Below, one piece after another: positions 17,871 to 28,534 of a stretch of 64,000 bases of DNA. Both the position numbers and the translations under genes were made by a program. Source of the DNA: an uncultured Acidobacteriota bacterium (lineage in GTDB: Bacteria; Acidobacteriota; Thermoanaerobaculia; Multivoradales; UBA5704); contig CAVYRF010000002.1 in assembly GCA_963770895.1 (NCBI GenBank), forward strand, positions 4,672,001 through 4,736,000. The letters run 5' to 3'. How positions within the stretch are numbered: position 1 is the stretch's first letter; the number at the start of each line of letters is the position of its first letter. The notes below the pieces were generated by a model. The model was not told where the DNA came from. It worked only from the letters and a program-made list of their open reading frames with translations, and ran no database searches.

Positions 17871-19898
17871 TCAGGCAGGCGCTTGCGGGTCGATGGCTTC
17901 GGGATCGGGGACGGGGTTGTGCAGGCGCTCGACCAGAGCGGCGCGGTTGGCCAGGACTGCACGCTGGTTCAGGTAGCCCTTGTCGGTGATCTCACCGGCG
18001 TCGATCGAGGGGGGCTCGGCCAGCAGCAGGGCGCGGGTGAGGCGGCGGCTGGCGCCGGGGTTGGCGGCGTTGTGCGCGGCCAGGGCGGCGGCGACGCCGG
18101 CGCGCACCTCGGCGCGGCCCAGCAGGTCGGCGGTCGGAAGCTGCGCCGCGGTGTCGCTGCACAGGGCGCGACAGGCGGCCAGGTTGGGGAAGAGCAGCAG
18201 GCCGATGCCCGAGCGGTCGTGGCCGGTGACGACCGCTTCCTGGATGAGCGGCGCCGCGGCCGCCAGGACGTCGGCGCGCAGCTCGCCGACCTGCACCCAG
18301 GTGCCGGTCGAAAGCTTGAAGTTTTCGGCCAGGCGCCCGTCAAAGATCAGTCCGCGCGCCGGGTCGGCCGGGTCCGCCAGCCTGGCGGCGTCGCCGGTGG
18401 CCAGAAATCCGTCTTCGTCGAACGGGCCGGCGCCGCCGGTGTTGCCGGCGCCGGCGTCGCCGGTGGCGTTGCCGGAGTCCCCGGTGCCGCCGCTGCTGTT
18501 GTCGCCGTCGCCGTCGCTGCCGCCGCCGCCGGCGGGCCAGTAGCCGGGGGTGACGTTGGGGCCCTTGACCCGGATCTCCAGCTTGTCGCCGGCGGGGACC
18601 AGCTTGATGTCGGTGCCGGCGACGGGCACGCCGATGACGCCGGCGCGCTCGATCGGGATGTGCACCTGGGTGGCGCAGGGGGCGGTCTCGGTGGAGCCCC
18701 ATGCGGCCAGCATGACCACCCGCTGGCCGGTGGCGGCGACCGAGAGCTGCTCGAGCTGCTTCCACAGGTGTTGCGGCAGCGCCGCGGCGGCATAGAACAG
18801 GACGTCCAGGTCGCGGAAGAAGGTGTCGCGCAGGTCGCGGTCGTCGGCCAGCCGCGGCACCAGCATCTCGAAGCCGCGCGGCACGTTGAAATGGATCGTC
18901 GACGGCACTTCGCGCAGGTTGGTGACGGTGGTTTCGATGGCGCCCGGCGCCGGTTTGCCGGCGTCGATGTAGAGGGTGCCGCCGTGCCGCAGGACCAGGT
19001 TGAAGTTGTGGTTGCCGCCGAAGGTGTGGCTCCACGGCAGCCAGTCGACCAGCACCGGCGGACGGTCGGCCAGGAACCGCCAGCCGGTGGCGATCGCCTG
19101 CTGGTTGGAGCAGAGCATGCGCTGGGTGTTGAGGACGCCCTTGGGGCTGCCGGTGGAGCCCGAGGTGAACAGGATCTTGGCCACCGTGTCGGGCCCGACG
19201 GCGGCGGCGCGCGCCGCGACGTCCGCTCCGGCGGGTTCCGCCAGGAGGTCGGCGAGGAGCGTTGCGGCGCGGCCGGCCGGCGGCCGCGCGCTGACCACCA
19301 GGTCGACGTCGTGGCGCGGGAAGGCGGCGGCCAGCGCCGCGGCGAACGCTTCGCCGTCGGCGGCAAAGACCAGGCCGGGGCGGACCTGCCGCAGGATGGC
19401 GCGCAGCTTCAGGTGGTCGCGCGACTGCAGCGAATAGGCGGGCGAGATGGGGGCCGCCGGGATGCCGACGTGCATCGCGGCAAGCTGCAGCAGCGCGTGA
19501 TCGATGCCGTTGCCGGACAGCAGGACAACCGGGCGCCGCGCCGTCAGGCCGCGCGCCAGGAGCGCCCCGGCGATGCGCTCGACCGCCTGCAGGCAGGCGC
19601 CGTAGGACAGCCGCCGCCAGCCGCCGGTGCCGCCGCCGACGCCACCGCCACCATCATCGCGCTCGGCGAGGAAGGTCCGCTCGGGCACCGCTTCGGCCTG
19701 CTGCCGCAGCAGCTCGCCCAGGCTGCGGGCGTAGGGACCCAGGGGGTGGCGGGAGCGCAGCAGCAGGCCGCCGCCGGCCAGCGGCTGCGCCTCGACGGAG
19801 GGCGGCGCCAGGTGCAGCGGCTTCCAGGGGGCGTCCGTCGCGTCCGTCGCGTCGCCCGTCGCGTGCGGCAGCGGCGGCTCGGTCGGCGTCATCGGCAC
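17871..19898 (-). CDS. fcs: Feruloyl-CoA synthase-like acyl-CoA ligase
   Basis: LFTSGSTGSPKG, DWLPWSHTFGGNHN, WGSTETAP, GPNVTPGYW, ENFKLSTGTWV, EITDKGYLNQ. Confidence 0.88.
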   Translation of the reverse strand: MPMTPTEPPLPHATGDATDATDAPWKPLHLAPPSVEAQPLAGGGLLLRSRHPLGPYARSLGELLRQQAEAVPERTFLAERDDGGGGVGGGTGGWRRLSYGACLQAVERIAGALLARGLTARRPVVLLSGNGIDHALLQLAAMHVGIPAAPISPAYSLQSRDHLKLRAILRQVRPGLVFAADGEAFAAALAAAFPRHDVDLVVSARPPAGRAATLLADLLAEPAGADVAARAAAVGPDTVAKILFTSGSTGSPKGVLNTQRMLCSNQQAIATGWRFLADRPPVLVDWLPWSHTFGGNHNFNLVLRHGGTLYIDAGKPAPGAIETTVTNLREVPSTIHFNVPRGFEMLVPRLADDRDLRDTFFRDLDVLFYAAAALPQHLWKQLEQLSVAATGQRVVMLAAWGSTETAPCATQVHIPIERAGVIGVPVAGTDIKLVPAGDKLEIRVKGPNVTPGYWPAGGGGSDGDGDNSSGGTGDSGNATGDAGAGNTGGAGPFDEDGFLATGDAARLADPADPARGLIFDGRLAENFKLSTGTWVQVGELRADVLAAAAPLIQEAVVTGHDRSGIGLLLFPNLAACRALCSDTAAQLPTADLLGRAEVRAGVAAALAAHNAANPGASRRLTRALLLAEPPSIDAGEITDKGYLNQRAVLANRAALVERLHNPVPDPEAIDPQAPA

Positions 19899-20054
19899 CC
19901 GCCGCTCCTCATCGACCAGTGGCCTGTATCAGAGGAATCGGTAGTGGCTGGCGCCGCCATTCGGCGGCGCGGGCCAGGCGCGCCGACACAGGCATAGTCG
20001 AAACTATGTCGAGGAGGCGCAACGCAGCCCCCGCCGTCGAGGGCAAGCCAGGCA

Positions 20055-21284
20055 CTATCGATTCCTCTGATACAGGCCACTAGGCGCCGTCGCTGCCGCC
20101 GGCGGCTGCGACGCGGCCAGCAGCTCCGCCAGGTAGGAGCCCCAGACCGCCGGCAGCGAATGCGTGCCGTGGCCGCGGGTGTCGGCGGTGATCGGCAGCA
20201 GGATGTAGCGGCCGTGCGGCACGCTGCGGATGGCTTGGTCCAGGATGCCCAGCTCGGGCGGATTGACCTGGTCGTCGGCGGAATTGACGGCGAACAAAGG
20301 AGCGCGGATCTCCGCCAGGTGCGGCAGCGGGTTGTAGGTGCGCGAGGCGTCGAACTGGTAGAGCGCGTCGTTGGCGTCCAGGATCTCCCGGACGCGCAGC
20401 AGCTGCCGCGCCAGAAAGGCGTCGGCCGTGTCGCGGGTGGGGGCTTCCTTCTGCCACTGGAGCGGGCTCGACGTCATGAAAAGGTAGACGTAGATCGCCG
20501 AGATGAGCCCCGGCGGCTGGCTGGCGTATTCGCCGTCGTGCCATTGCGGGTCGGTGGTGATCGAATCCATGAACATTTTGCGCAGCATGCGGTTGCGGCC
20601 GGCGATCTCGACCGGGAGGCTGGCCAGCGGCATCAGCGCGTCCATGAAGTCGGGGTAGGTGTAACCCCACATCCAGGTGTGCATGCCGCCCATCGAGGTC
20701 CCCATGACCAGGCGCAGGTGGTCGACGCCCAGGCATTGGGTGACCAGGTGGTGCTCGGCCCGCACCATGTCGTCGTAGTCGTAGTGCGGAAAGCGCATGT
20801 GCAGCCCATCGCTCGGGCGGCTGGACTTGCCGGTGCCGATGCCGTCCGGCAGGATCAGGTAGTAGCGCGACGCGTCCAGCAGCTGGCCGGCGCCGAACAG
20901 GTGTCCGCCGAAGGCCTCGTTCAGGAAGGCGCGGCCGTTGCCGGTGGTGCCGTGCATGATGAGCACCGCGTTGCGCACGGTGCCGTGCGCGTCGCGCTGC
21001 GGTTTGCCGAGCGTCGTGTAGTGGATGCGCAGGACGGGCAACGATTCGCCGCTGGCGAAGCGGAAATTGGGGATCGCGCAGTCGCCTTGGGTGTCGCTGG
21101 GGATCGGCGCCGCGCCGGCCGGCCGCGCCGCCGCCAGACCCGCGGCCAGCGCCACCGGCAGCAGCAGGCACAGCAGCGACGGGGCGGGGGGGTGCGCACG
21201 GTGCGCCTGGTGTGGGCGATGCGCCTGATGCGGGCGGTACGCTCGGTGCGGTTGCGGCCCGGACACGCGGCAGCGGATCTCCAT
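20055..21284 (-). CDS. Secreted homoserine-O-acetyltransferase-like alpha/beta hydrolase
   Basis: RBS AGGAGG; signal peptide; FRFASGESLP.LRIHYTTLG, MGTSMGGMH, NSADD, GHGTH. Confidence 0.85.
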   Translation of the reverse strand: MEIRCRVSGPQPHRAYRPHQAHRPHQAHRAHPPAPSLLCLLLPVALAAGLAAARPAGAAPIPSDTQGDCAIPNFRFASGESLPVLRIHYTTLGKPQRDAHGTVRNAVLIMHGTTGNGRAFLNEAFGGHLFGAGQLLDASRYYLILPDGIGTGKSSRPSDGLHMRFPHYDYDDMVRAEHHLVTQCLGVDHLRLVMGTSMGGMHTWMWGYTYPDFMDALMPLASLPVEIAGRNRMLRKMFMDSITTDPQWHDGEYASQPPGLISAIYVYLFMTSSPLQWQKEAPTRDTADAFLARQLLRVREILDANDALYQFDASRTYNPLPHLAEIRAPLFAVNSADDQVNPPELGILDQAIRSVPHGRYILLPITADTRGHGTHSLPAVWGSYLAELLAASQPPAAATAPSGLYQRNR

Positions 21285-21502
21285 GATGCCTCCTGACGGG
21301 AAGCGGCGCGCCGGACGCGGGGCGGCGCCAGGCTGGCCGAGCGCCAAGCATACTGCTGTGGAAGGGCGCGAGGTGTGGGACAATAGGGTATCCGCTAGTA
21401 TCCCGTGCGGTTGAAGTAAACCTGGCCGCGCCACGTCCGTATCTCAAGACGCGACACGACAGCGATCCCCAAAACTGCAAAAACCCGAAAGAGGGTTGCG
21501 AT

Positions 21503-22744
21503 ATGAGCTTGAGTGGACCCAATCGAACCGTGCTGGAGGGGCTGCGCATCGAGCGCGCGGCGCCGTCGCCGGCGCCGGCACGGCGGCGCGGGTGGGTGGT
21601 CGGCCTGGTGCTGCTGCTGGCCGCGGTGGTCGGCGCCGGGGTGTGGTGGGTGACCCGCCACCCGGCGGCGCAGGTGCGCGTGGCAGCAGTCCAGGCGTCA
21701 CAGGCGGGCTCAGCGTCGCCGGGGACGGTGCTCAACGCCTCCGGCTACGTGACGGCGCGGCGGCAGGCGACCGTCTCCTCCAAGGTGACCGGCAAGGTGA
21801 CGGAGGTGCTGATCGAAGAGGGCATGCGCGTCAAGCAGGGTCAGGTGCTGGCGCGCCTGGACACGCTCACCCAGGACGCGGCGCTGTCGCTCGCCGAAGC
21901 GCAGCTGTCGCAGGCCCGCCGGTCGCTCGAGGAGAACCAGGTGCGCCTCAGGCAGGCGCACATCGTGCGCGAACGGCAGCACCGCCTGCTGGCCGGTGGT
22001 TTCGCGACGCAAAATGACGTCGACACCGCGGACGCCGACGCGGATTCCTATGCCGCGCGCCTGAATGTCGGTCACGAGCAGGTGACGGTGGCCGAGCGCG
22101 AGGTGGCGGCGCGCCAGCAGGATCGCGCCGACACGGTGATCCGGGCGCCCTTCGACGGCGTGATCACCACCAAGGACGCGCAGCCGGGCGAAATGATCTC
22201 GCCGATCTCCGCCGGCGGCGGTTTTACCCGCACCGGCATCGGCACGCTGGTGGACATGAAGTCGCTCGAAATCGACGTCGACGTCAACGAAAGCTACATC
22301 AACCGGGTGACCGCCGGGCAGCACACCGAGGCGGTGCTGGACGCCTATCCCGACTGGCGCATCCCTTCGACGGTGATCGCCGTGGTGCCGTCGGCCGACC
22401 GCCAGAAGGCGACGGTCAAGGTGCGGGTGGCGTTCGACCACCTGGACCCGCGCATCCTGCCGGACATGGGGGTGAAGGTGGCGTTCCTGGCCGCCGACGC
22501 GCCGGCGGCGACGCAGCAGGTCATCAGCGCGGTGCGGGTGCCGCGCGCCGCCGTGCGCCAGGACCACGGCCAGGCGGTGGTCTTGGTGGTGCACGGCGAT
22601 CGCGTCGAGCGGCGCGCCGTGCGCGTCGCCGCCACGACGGGCGACGACGTGCCGGTGATCTCGGGAGCGCTGGTCGCGGGCGAGCAGGTGGTGGTGGACG
22701 GGCCGGCCGACCTGGTGGACGGCAGCAAGGTGGTGGTGCACTGA
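21503..22744 (+). CDS. Efflux membrane-fusion protein (MacA-like)
   Basis: Single TM helix; SKVTGKVTEVLIEEGMRVKQGQVLARLD, IRAPFDGVI, ILPDMGVKV. Confidence 0.9.
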   Translation: MSLSGPNRTVLEGLRIERAAPSPAPARRRGWVVGLVLLLAAVVGAGVWWVTRHPAAQVRVAAVQASQAGSASPGTVLNASGYVTARRQATVSSKVTGKVTEVLIEEGMRVKQGQVLARLDTLTQDAALSLAEAQLSQARRSLEENQVRLRQAHIVRERQHRLLAGGFATQNDVDTADADADSYAARLNVGHEQVTVAEREVAARQQDRADTVIRAPFDGVITTKDAQPGEMISPISAGGGFTRTGIGTLVDMKSLEIDVDVNESYINRVTAGQHTEAVLDAYPDWRIPSTVIAVVPSADRQKATVKVRVAFDHLDPRILPDMGVKVAFLAADAPAATQQVISAVRVPRAAVRQDHGQAVVLVVHGDRVERRAVRVAATTGDDVPVISGALVAGEQVVVDGPADLVDGSKVVVH

Positions 22745-22928
22745 CGGCAGCGCGCGGCTCGCGCGCGGGCCGGCGCGCCCCGCGCCATGACAAACGTCAC
22801 CGAGGAGTGATTACGGAAAGCCCTGGGCGGCAGCGGCGGTGCCGCGGCAAGATGGATCATGGAGCCCGCGCCCTGGCGCAAACGAATCGCGAGAGGCGGT
22901 GAAGAACCACCGCCGTGAGGGGAACCGA

Positions 22929-23633
22929 ATGGCAGAGCAAGCATCGAATCAAGCCCTGGTGCAGGTGCGCGACGTACACAAGTACTACCGGCGCGGCTCC
23001 GAGCGGCTCGATATCCTGAACGGTTTGAGCCTCACCATTCCGGCCGGCGACTTTCTGGCCCTGATGGGCCCGTCCGGCTCCGGCAAGACGACGCTGCTCA
23101 ACCTGCTCGGCGGCCTGGACCGCCCCAGCAGCGGCACGTTGGAGGTCGGCGGCGAGGCGATCGATCAGGTTTCCAATTCCAAGCTGGCAGGCTGGCGCGC
23201 GCGCCACATCGGCTTTGTGTTTCAGTTTTACAACCTGCTGCCGGTGCTGACCGCCGAGCGCAACGTCGAGCTGCCGCTGCTGCTCACCAACCTGTCCAGC
23301 GCCGAGCGCAAGAAGCACGTGGCGACGGCGCTCGCCGTGGTCGGCCTGGCCGACCGCGCGCAGCACTATCCGCGGCAGCTGTCGGGCGGCCAGGAGCAGC
23401 GGGTGGGCATCGCCCGCGCCATCGTCACCGACCCGACGCTGCTGCTGTGCGACGAGCCGACCGGCGACCTGGACCGCAAGTCCGGCGACGAGATCCTGGA
23501 CCTGCTGCAGGCGCTCAACAGCGAGCACGGCAAGACCATCGTCATGGTCACCCACGATCCGCATGCCGCCGCCCGCGCCCGCCGCACCCTGTACCTGAAC
23601 AAGGGTTCTCTTGCCACGGAGCCGGCGGAATGA
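22929..23633 (+). CDS. ABC transporter ATP-binding protein (LolD/MacB-type)
   Basis: [32 protein letters not shown]. Confidence 0.95.
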   Translation: MAEQASNQALVQVRDVHKYYRRGSERLDILNGLSLTIPAGDFLALMGPSGSGKTTLLNLLGGLDRPSSGTLEVGGEAIDQVSNSKLAGWRARHIGFVFQFYNLLPVLTAERNVELPLLLTNLSSAERKKHVATALAVVGLADRAQHYPRQLSGGQEQRVGIARAIVTDPTLLLCDEPTGDLDRKSGDEILDLLQALNSEHGKTIVMVTHDPHAAARARRTLYLNKGSLATEPAE

Positions 23634-24784
23634 AATACCTTTTCCTGGTCCTCAAGAACCTCCGGCGCCGGCTGGTGCGCACCACGTTCACGGCGCTTTC
23701 GATCGTCATCGCGTTCCTGCTGTTCGGCCTGCTGGTGGCGATCCGCACCGCGTTCAGCGGCGGCGTTGACGTGACCGGCGCCAACCGGCTGACCGTCACG
23801 CACAAGGTGTCGATCATCCTGCCGCTGCCCGTTTCGTACGGCGACCGGATCGCGCAGGTCCCCGGCGTCAACCTGGTGACCCATGCCTCGTGGTTCGGCG
23901 GCACCTACCAGGATCCCAAGAACTTCTTTCCGCAGATGGCGGTGGACCCCACCAGCTACCTGGCCGTCTACCCCGAGATCCAGCTGCCGCCCGAGCAGAA
24001 GAAGGCCTGGCTGGCCGACCGCGGCGGCTGCATCGTCGGGCGCCTGACCGCCAAGCGCTTCGGCTTCAAGCTGGGCGACCACATCCCCATCCAGGCGACG
24101 ATCTTCGTCAAGAAGGACGGCTCGCGGATGTTCGACTTCCTGGTCGACGGCATCTACGACGCCCCCAAGGGTTTCGACACCAGCGCGCTGTTCTTTCAGT
24201 ACGACAACCTCAAGGAGTCGGCCCCCGGCTTCAGCACCAACCAGGTCGGCTGGTACATCCTCACCGTCGCCGATCCGAAAAACGCCAACCAGGTCGCCGA
24301 GCATATCGACGGCCTGTTCACCAACTCGGTGGCGGAGACCAAGACCTCGACCGAAAAGGCGTTTGCGGAGGGCTTTGCCAAGCAGACGGGCAATATCGGC
24401 GAGATCATCTCCTTCATCGTCGCGGCGGTGTTCTTCACCCTGCTGCTGGTGGCCGGCAACACCATGGCGCAGTCGGTGCGCGAGCGCACCGGCGAGCTGG
24501 CGGTGCTCAAGACGCTGGGCTTCGGCGATGGCCTGGTGATGGGGCTGGTGCTGTGCGAATCGTGCCTGCTGGCGCTCGCGGCGGCGACCCTGGGCCTGGG
24601 CGCCGCCTACCTGGTCGCCCGCAACGGCGATCCCACCGGCGGCTTCCTGCCCCTGTTCCGGCTGCCCGAAAGCCAGCTGGTCGTGGGTTTCCTGCTGGCC
24701 CTGGCGCTCGGTCTGGTGACCGGCGCGGTGCCGGCCTGGCAGGCGATGCGATTGCGCATCGTCGACGCGTTGCGGAGGGTCTGA
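23630..24784 (+). CDS. ABC permease (MacB/FtsX family)
   Basis: KNLRRRLVRT N-terminus, SVRERTGELAVLKTLGF, 4-TM architecture. Confidence 0.92.
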   Translation: MKYLFLVLKNLRRRLVRTTFTALSIVIAFLLFGLLVAIRTAFSGGVDVTGANRLTVTHKVSIILPLPVSYGDRIAQVPGVNLVTHASWFGGTYQDPKNFFPQMAVDPTSYLAVYPEIQLPPEQKKAWLADRGGCIVGRLTAKRFGFKLGDHIPIQATIFVKKDGSRMFDFLVDGIYDAPKGFDTSALFFQYDNLKESAPGFSTNQVGWYILTVADPKNANQVAEHIDGLFTNSVAETKTSTEKAFAEGFAKQTGNIGEIISFIVAAVFFTLLLVAGNTMAQSVRERTGELAVLKTLGFGDGLVMGLVLCESCLLALAAATLGLGAAYLVARNGDPTGGFLPLFRLPESQLVVGFLLALALGLVTGAVPAWQAMRLRIVDALRRV

Positions 24785-24787
24785 GCC

Positions 24788-25981
24788 ATGGGTCTGTTCA
24801 GTTGGATGTCGCAAGTCGGGGCGGTGACCCAGCTCAATCTGCGCACTCTGGGCCAGCGCCGCGGCGCCTCGGCGGCGACGGTGTTCGGCGTCGCCGGCGT
24901 GGTGATGGTGTTCGTCGGCGTGCTGTCGATCGCCGCGGGCTTCCGCTCGACCCTGGCCTCCACCGCGTCGCCCGACGGCGCCATGGTGCTGCGCGGCGGT
25001 GCCAGTTCCGAGATGCTCTCCGGCGTGTCGCGCGACGGCGCGCGCATCATCGCCGACGCGCCGGGAATCCTGCGCACGCCGACCGGTCCGGCGTCTTCGG
25101 CGGAGCTGTACGTGATCGTCGGTCTGCCCAAGATCGCCACCAGGACCGACGCCAACGTGCCGCTGCGCGGCGTGCAGCGCAACGGCTTCGTCGTGCACAA
25201 GGACATCAAGCTGGTCGCCGGCCGCATGTTCGAATGGGGCCGCAACGAGGTGATCGTGGGCACCGGCTCGGCGCAGGAGTTTTCCGGCCTGACGCTGGGC
25301 TCGACGCTGCGCTTCGGCGAAGCCAGCTGGCAGGTGGTGGGGCTGTTTTCCAGCGGCGGCTCGTGGGCCGAGTCGGAGATCTGGGGCGACGTGGACGTGC
25401 TGATGCCCGCCTACCGCCGCACCGGCTTCCAGTCGGTGCACGTCAAGCTGGCGTCGCCGCAGGACTTCGACCGCTTCAAGGACGCCTTGACGACCGATCC
25501 GCGCCTGGACGTCAAGGTGATCCGGGAAGCCGACTACTACGCCGAGCAGTCCCAGGCGCTGGTCACCATCGTCACCATCCTGGGCGTGGGTATCACGGTG
25601 CTGATGGGCATCGGCGCGGTGTTCGGGGCAATTCTCACCATGTATTCGGCGGTGGCGCAGCGCACGCGCGAGATCGCCACCCTGCGCGCCCTGGGCTTCG
25701 GCGGCGGCGCGGTGCTGGTGTCGGTCTTGGCCGAATCCTTCGTGCTGTCGCTGGCCGGCGGCACGCTGGGCGCCGGCATGGCCTACCTGCTGTTCAACGG
25801 CTACCACACCTCGACGCTGAACTTTCAGACCTTCAGCCAGGTGGCGTTCGCCTTCAAGGTGACGCCCGTGCTGCTGCTGCTGGCCCTCATCGGCACCTTG
25901 CTGATGGGCCTGATCGGCGGCATCTTCCCGGCGGCGCGCGCCGCCCGCATGCCGATCGCGAGCGCCCTGCGCGAGGTGTGA
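24788..25981 (+). CDS. ABC permease (MacB/FtsX family)
   Basis: AVAQRTREIATLRALGF, PAARAARMPIASALRE. Confidence 0.92.
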   Translation: MGLFSWMSQVGAVTQLNLRTLGQRRGASAATVFGVAGVVMVFVGVLSIAAGFRSTLASTASPDGAMVLRGGASSEMLSGVSRDGARIIADAPGILRTPTGPASSAELYVIVGLPKIATRTDANVPLRGVQRNGFVVHKDIKLVAGRMFEWGRNEVIVGTGSAQEFSGLTLGSTLRFGEASWQVVGLFSSGGSWAESEIWGDVDVLMPAYRRTGFQSVHVKLASPQDFDRFKDALTTDPRLDVKVIREADYYAEQSQALVTIVTILGVGITVLMGIGAVFGAILTMYSAVAQRTREIATLRALGFGGGAVLVSVLAESFVLSLAGGTLGAGMAYLLFNGYHTSTLNFQTFSQVAFAFKVTPVLLLLALIGTLLMGLIGGIFPAARAARMPIASALREV

Positions 25982-26871
25982 TGCCGGGGGGCGGCGGTGG
26001 GGGCGCGGCGCGCGCCCCGGCGATCGAAATCGTCGCCCATCGCGGCGCCGGCACCGATCGCGATCGGCCGGCCGCCGGGCAGGCGCAGCGGCCGGCGGCG
26101 CCGCCGGAGAACACCCTGGCGGCGCTGGCGTGGGGGTGGGCCGCGGCGCGGGCCTGCGAGATCGACGTGCACCTGACGCGCGACCGGCGGGTGGTGGTGA
26201 TCCACGACCCCACCACCGGGCGCACCTGCGACCGCGACCTGCGGGTTGCCGAGGCCGATTTTGAGGATCTGCGCCGGTTGGACGCCGGCGCCAGGAAAGG
26301 GCCGCCCTGGACGGGTGAGCGCCTGCCGTCGCTGCGCGAGGCGCTGGAGCTGATGCCGCCGGACGGGCGCCTGTACGTCGAGGCCAAGAGCGGCCCCGCC
26401 ATCGTCGAGCCGCTGCTGGCCGACATCGCCGCCGCCGGCCGCGGTGCCGGCCAGGTGGTCTTGATCAGCTTCGGCATCGACACCATCTGGGCGCTCAAGC
26501 GCGCCTGGCCGGCGCTGCCGTGCTATTGGGTCCTGGGCTTCGAAGAGATCAGCCGCGGGCGCTGGCGCGCGACGTGGGAAGAGAGCGCCGGGAGCGAGCG
26601 GGAGCCACGCTCAGTATTGCAGGAGCCGGTCGACTACGCGGCGCTGGCCCAGATGGTGCGCGGGCAGGGGGGCGCCCTGGACGGCCTGGACGTCAGCGCC
26701 CGCCAGCCGGAGGGCTTTGCCGCCGCCATGGCCGCGGCCGGCATCCCCTGGGGCGCCTGGACCGTCGACGACGGCGCCACCGCCCTGGCGCTGGTGCGCA
26801 AGGGCGCCATCCAGCTGACCACCAACTGCCCGGCCGACCTGACCGCCGCGCTGGCCCACGCCGGCATCTGA
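25981..26871 (+). CDS. Glycerophosphodiester phosphodiesterase family protein
   Basis: IVAHRGA, PENTLAA, EIDVHLTRD..VVIHD, AWTVDD, LTTNCP. Confidence 0.85.
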   Translation: MPGGGGGGAARAPAIEIVAHRGAGTDRDRPAAGQAQRPAAPPENTLAALAWGWAAARACEIDVHLTRDRRVVVIHDPTTGRTCDRDLRVAEADFEDLRRLDAGARKGPPWTGERLPSLREALELMPPDGRLYVEAKSGPAIVEPLLADIAAAGRGAGQVVLISFGIDTIWALKRAWPALPCYWVLGFEEISRGRWRATWEESAGSEREPRSVLQEPVDYAALAQMVRGQGGALDGLDVSARQPEGFAAAMAAAGIPWGAWTVDDGATALALVRKGAIQLTTNCPADLTAALAHAGI

Positions 26872-26950
26872 ACGACGCCTTGCCGGGCTACGCCCCCCGG
26901 CCGGGTGGTCACCCGGCGGGCGACGGACCGGCGCCGTGGGCGTGGGCCGC

Positions 26951-28534
26951 TCAGCGGCTGGCGGCGTCGGGTGCGGGGACGAAGGCGGCGTGGAAGGCGG
27001 GCGGGACGGTGCGGCCCAGGAGCAGCTCGGCGCGGGGGCCGGCGGTGATGTCCAGGGTGTCGAAGAGCAGGTAGCCGCTTTCGCCGCGATCGGCGGCGAA
27101 GAGGGGGCAGATGAGGGTGCCGCCGGCTTGGCCGGGCGGCGCCGGGGCGACGGCGGGTTCGCCGGTCAGGTAGCGGCCTGGCGGGGCCTGCCAGACGGCC
27201 GGCGGGGGAGCGCCGGGGCGCCAGCTGCCGTGCACCAGCTGGTCGTAGAACTTGCGGCCGGGGCGGCCGGCGGCGGCGATGCCCAGGGTCCAGAAGTCGT
27301 CGGGGGCGCGGCCGTCGGGCTGCGGCAGGGTGACCGGGAAGTCGGGCGCCAGCTCGTAGGCAAGGGTCCGGCGCTCGGCGATGCGGCCCTGCGCCAGGTC
27401 GACGACCAGGCGGACGGGGCGGCCGGCGCCGACGTCGGCCAGCAGGTGGGGGACCTCCTGGTACTGGTCGTAGACCGGCCGGTCCAGCTCCAGGAAATCG
27501 ACGACCAGCCGGCCTGCCGCATCCTCGCCGGCAGCGATGCCGTGCAGGCAATAGCCGCCGGGGAGGGGTACGCGCAGTGCCGCCGCTTGGCCGGTCGCGG
27601 GTGCGGGGCCGGCGGGCTCCAGGTGGCTGCGCGGGACGATTAGCAGCTCGCTGGCGGCGCGGTGTGGCTGCCAGCTGAGGGCTTCGTGCAGGCAGGCGCC
27701 GTTGGCGGTGACGGCTTCCAGGTCGAGGCAGAACGGGCTGACATGGAAGATGACGTGGTGTGGCGCCAGCAGGAAATCGTGGATCGATACCGGCAGGGCG
27801 AGCGCGACGCGGTGGCGGGCGATGAGAGTCCCGCCGGCGGAAAAGCGGTACAGGTGCAGGCAGGGGCTTTGGCGCGAGTAGGACAGGCCGAAGTTGTAGA
27901 GCTCGCCGGTCGCTGGATCGACCTTGGCGTGGGCGGCGAAGGGGCTGACCGGGTTGAGGCCGCCGCCGAAGGTGAAGGGGCCGCGGGTGGCGAGCGTCGC
28001 GGGATCGATCTCGCAGGGCAGGCCCTGTTCGCCGCAGGCCAGCAGGGTGCCGGCAAAGGGGATGACGCTGACGTTGACCGGCGACGCCAGGGCGATGCCG
28101 CGCTCCAGGCGGTCGCCGGCGAAGCGGGTGCCGAAGGCGCGGAAGAGCGCCTGGCCCGCCTGCTCTTCGGCCATCCACTTGGCGCTGCGCACGAAGCGGT
28201 TGGCGAAGTGGACGTTGCTTCCGGCATCACCATTACCACCGCTGATTCCGGTGCCGCCGGCACCGCCGCCGTCGCCGTGACCGTCGCTGTCTTTGGCGCC
28301 GCCGCCCGCGCCGGCCCCGCTGAAGGTGAGCGCCGCGATCATGCCGTCGCCGTCCAGCCAGTGCCGGTAGCGCAGCTGGCCGCGGGCGAAGCGGGCGGGG
28401 CCGTTCCAATAGCAGGTGCCGCGCAGGCCGGCGGGCACCTCGCCGGCGGCAATCCGCACCGCGCCGGCGCCCTCCTGCGGCAGCTCGAAGGCGCCTTCCA
28501 GTCCCGGCGCGTAATCGGCCGGCGGGCGGGTCAC
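26951..28534 (-). CDS. Carotenoid/stilbene cleavage dioxygenase (RPE65 family)
   Basis: GTCYWNGP, HWLDGDGM, NRFVRS; four Fe-ligand His in FAAHAKVDP, SIHDF, CLHG, AFHAAF; GEPAVAP. Confidence 0.88.
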   Translation of the reverse strand: MTRPPADYAPGLEGAFELPQEGAGAVRIAAGEVPAGLRGTCYWNGPARFARGQLRYRHWLDGDGMIAALTFSGAGAGGGAKDSDGHGDGGGAGGTGISGGNGDAGSNVHFANRFVRSAKWMAEEQAGQALFRAFGTRFAGDRLERGIALASPVNVSVIPFAGTLLACGEQGLPCEIDPATLATRGPFTFGGGLNPVSPFAAHAKVDPATGELYNFGLSYSRQSPCLHLYRFSAGGTLIARHRVALALPVSIHDFLLAPHHVIFHVSPFCLDLEAVTANGACLHEALSWQPHRAASELLIVPRSHLEPAGPAPATGQAAALRVPLPGGYCLHGIAAGEDAAGRLVVDFLELDRPVYDQYQEVPHLLADVGAGRPVRLVVDLAQGRIAERRTLAYELAPDFPVTLPQPDGRAPDDFWTLGIAAAGRPGRKFYDQLVHGSWRPGAPPPAVWQAPPGRYLTGEPAVAPAPPGQAGGTLICPLFAADRGESGYLLFDTLDITAGPRAELLLGRTVPPAFHAAFVPAPDAASR

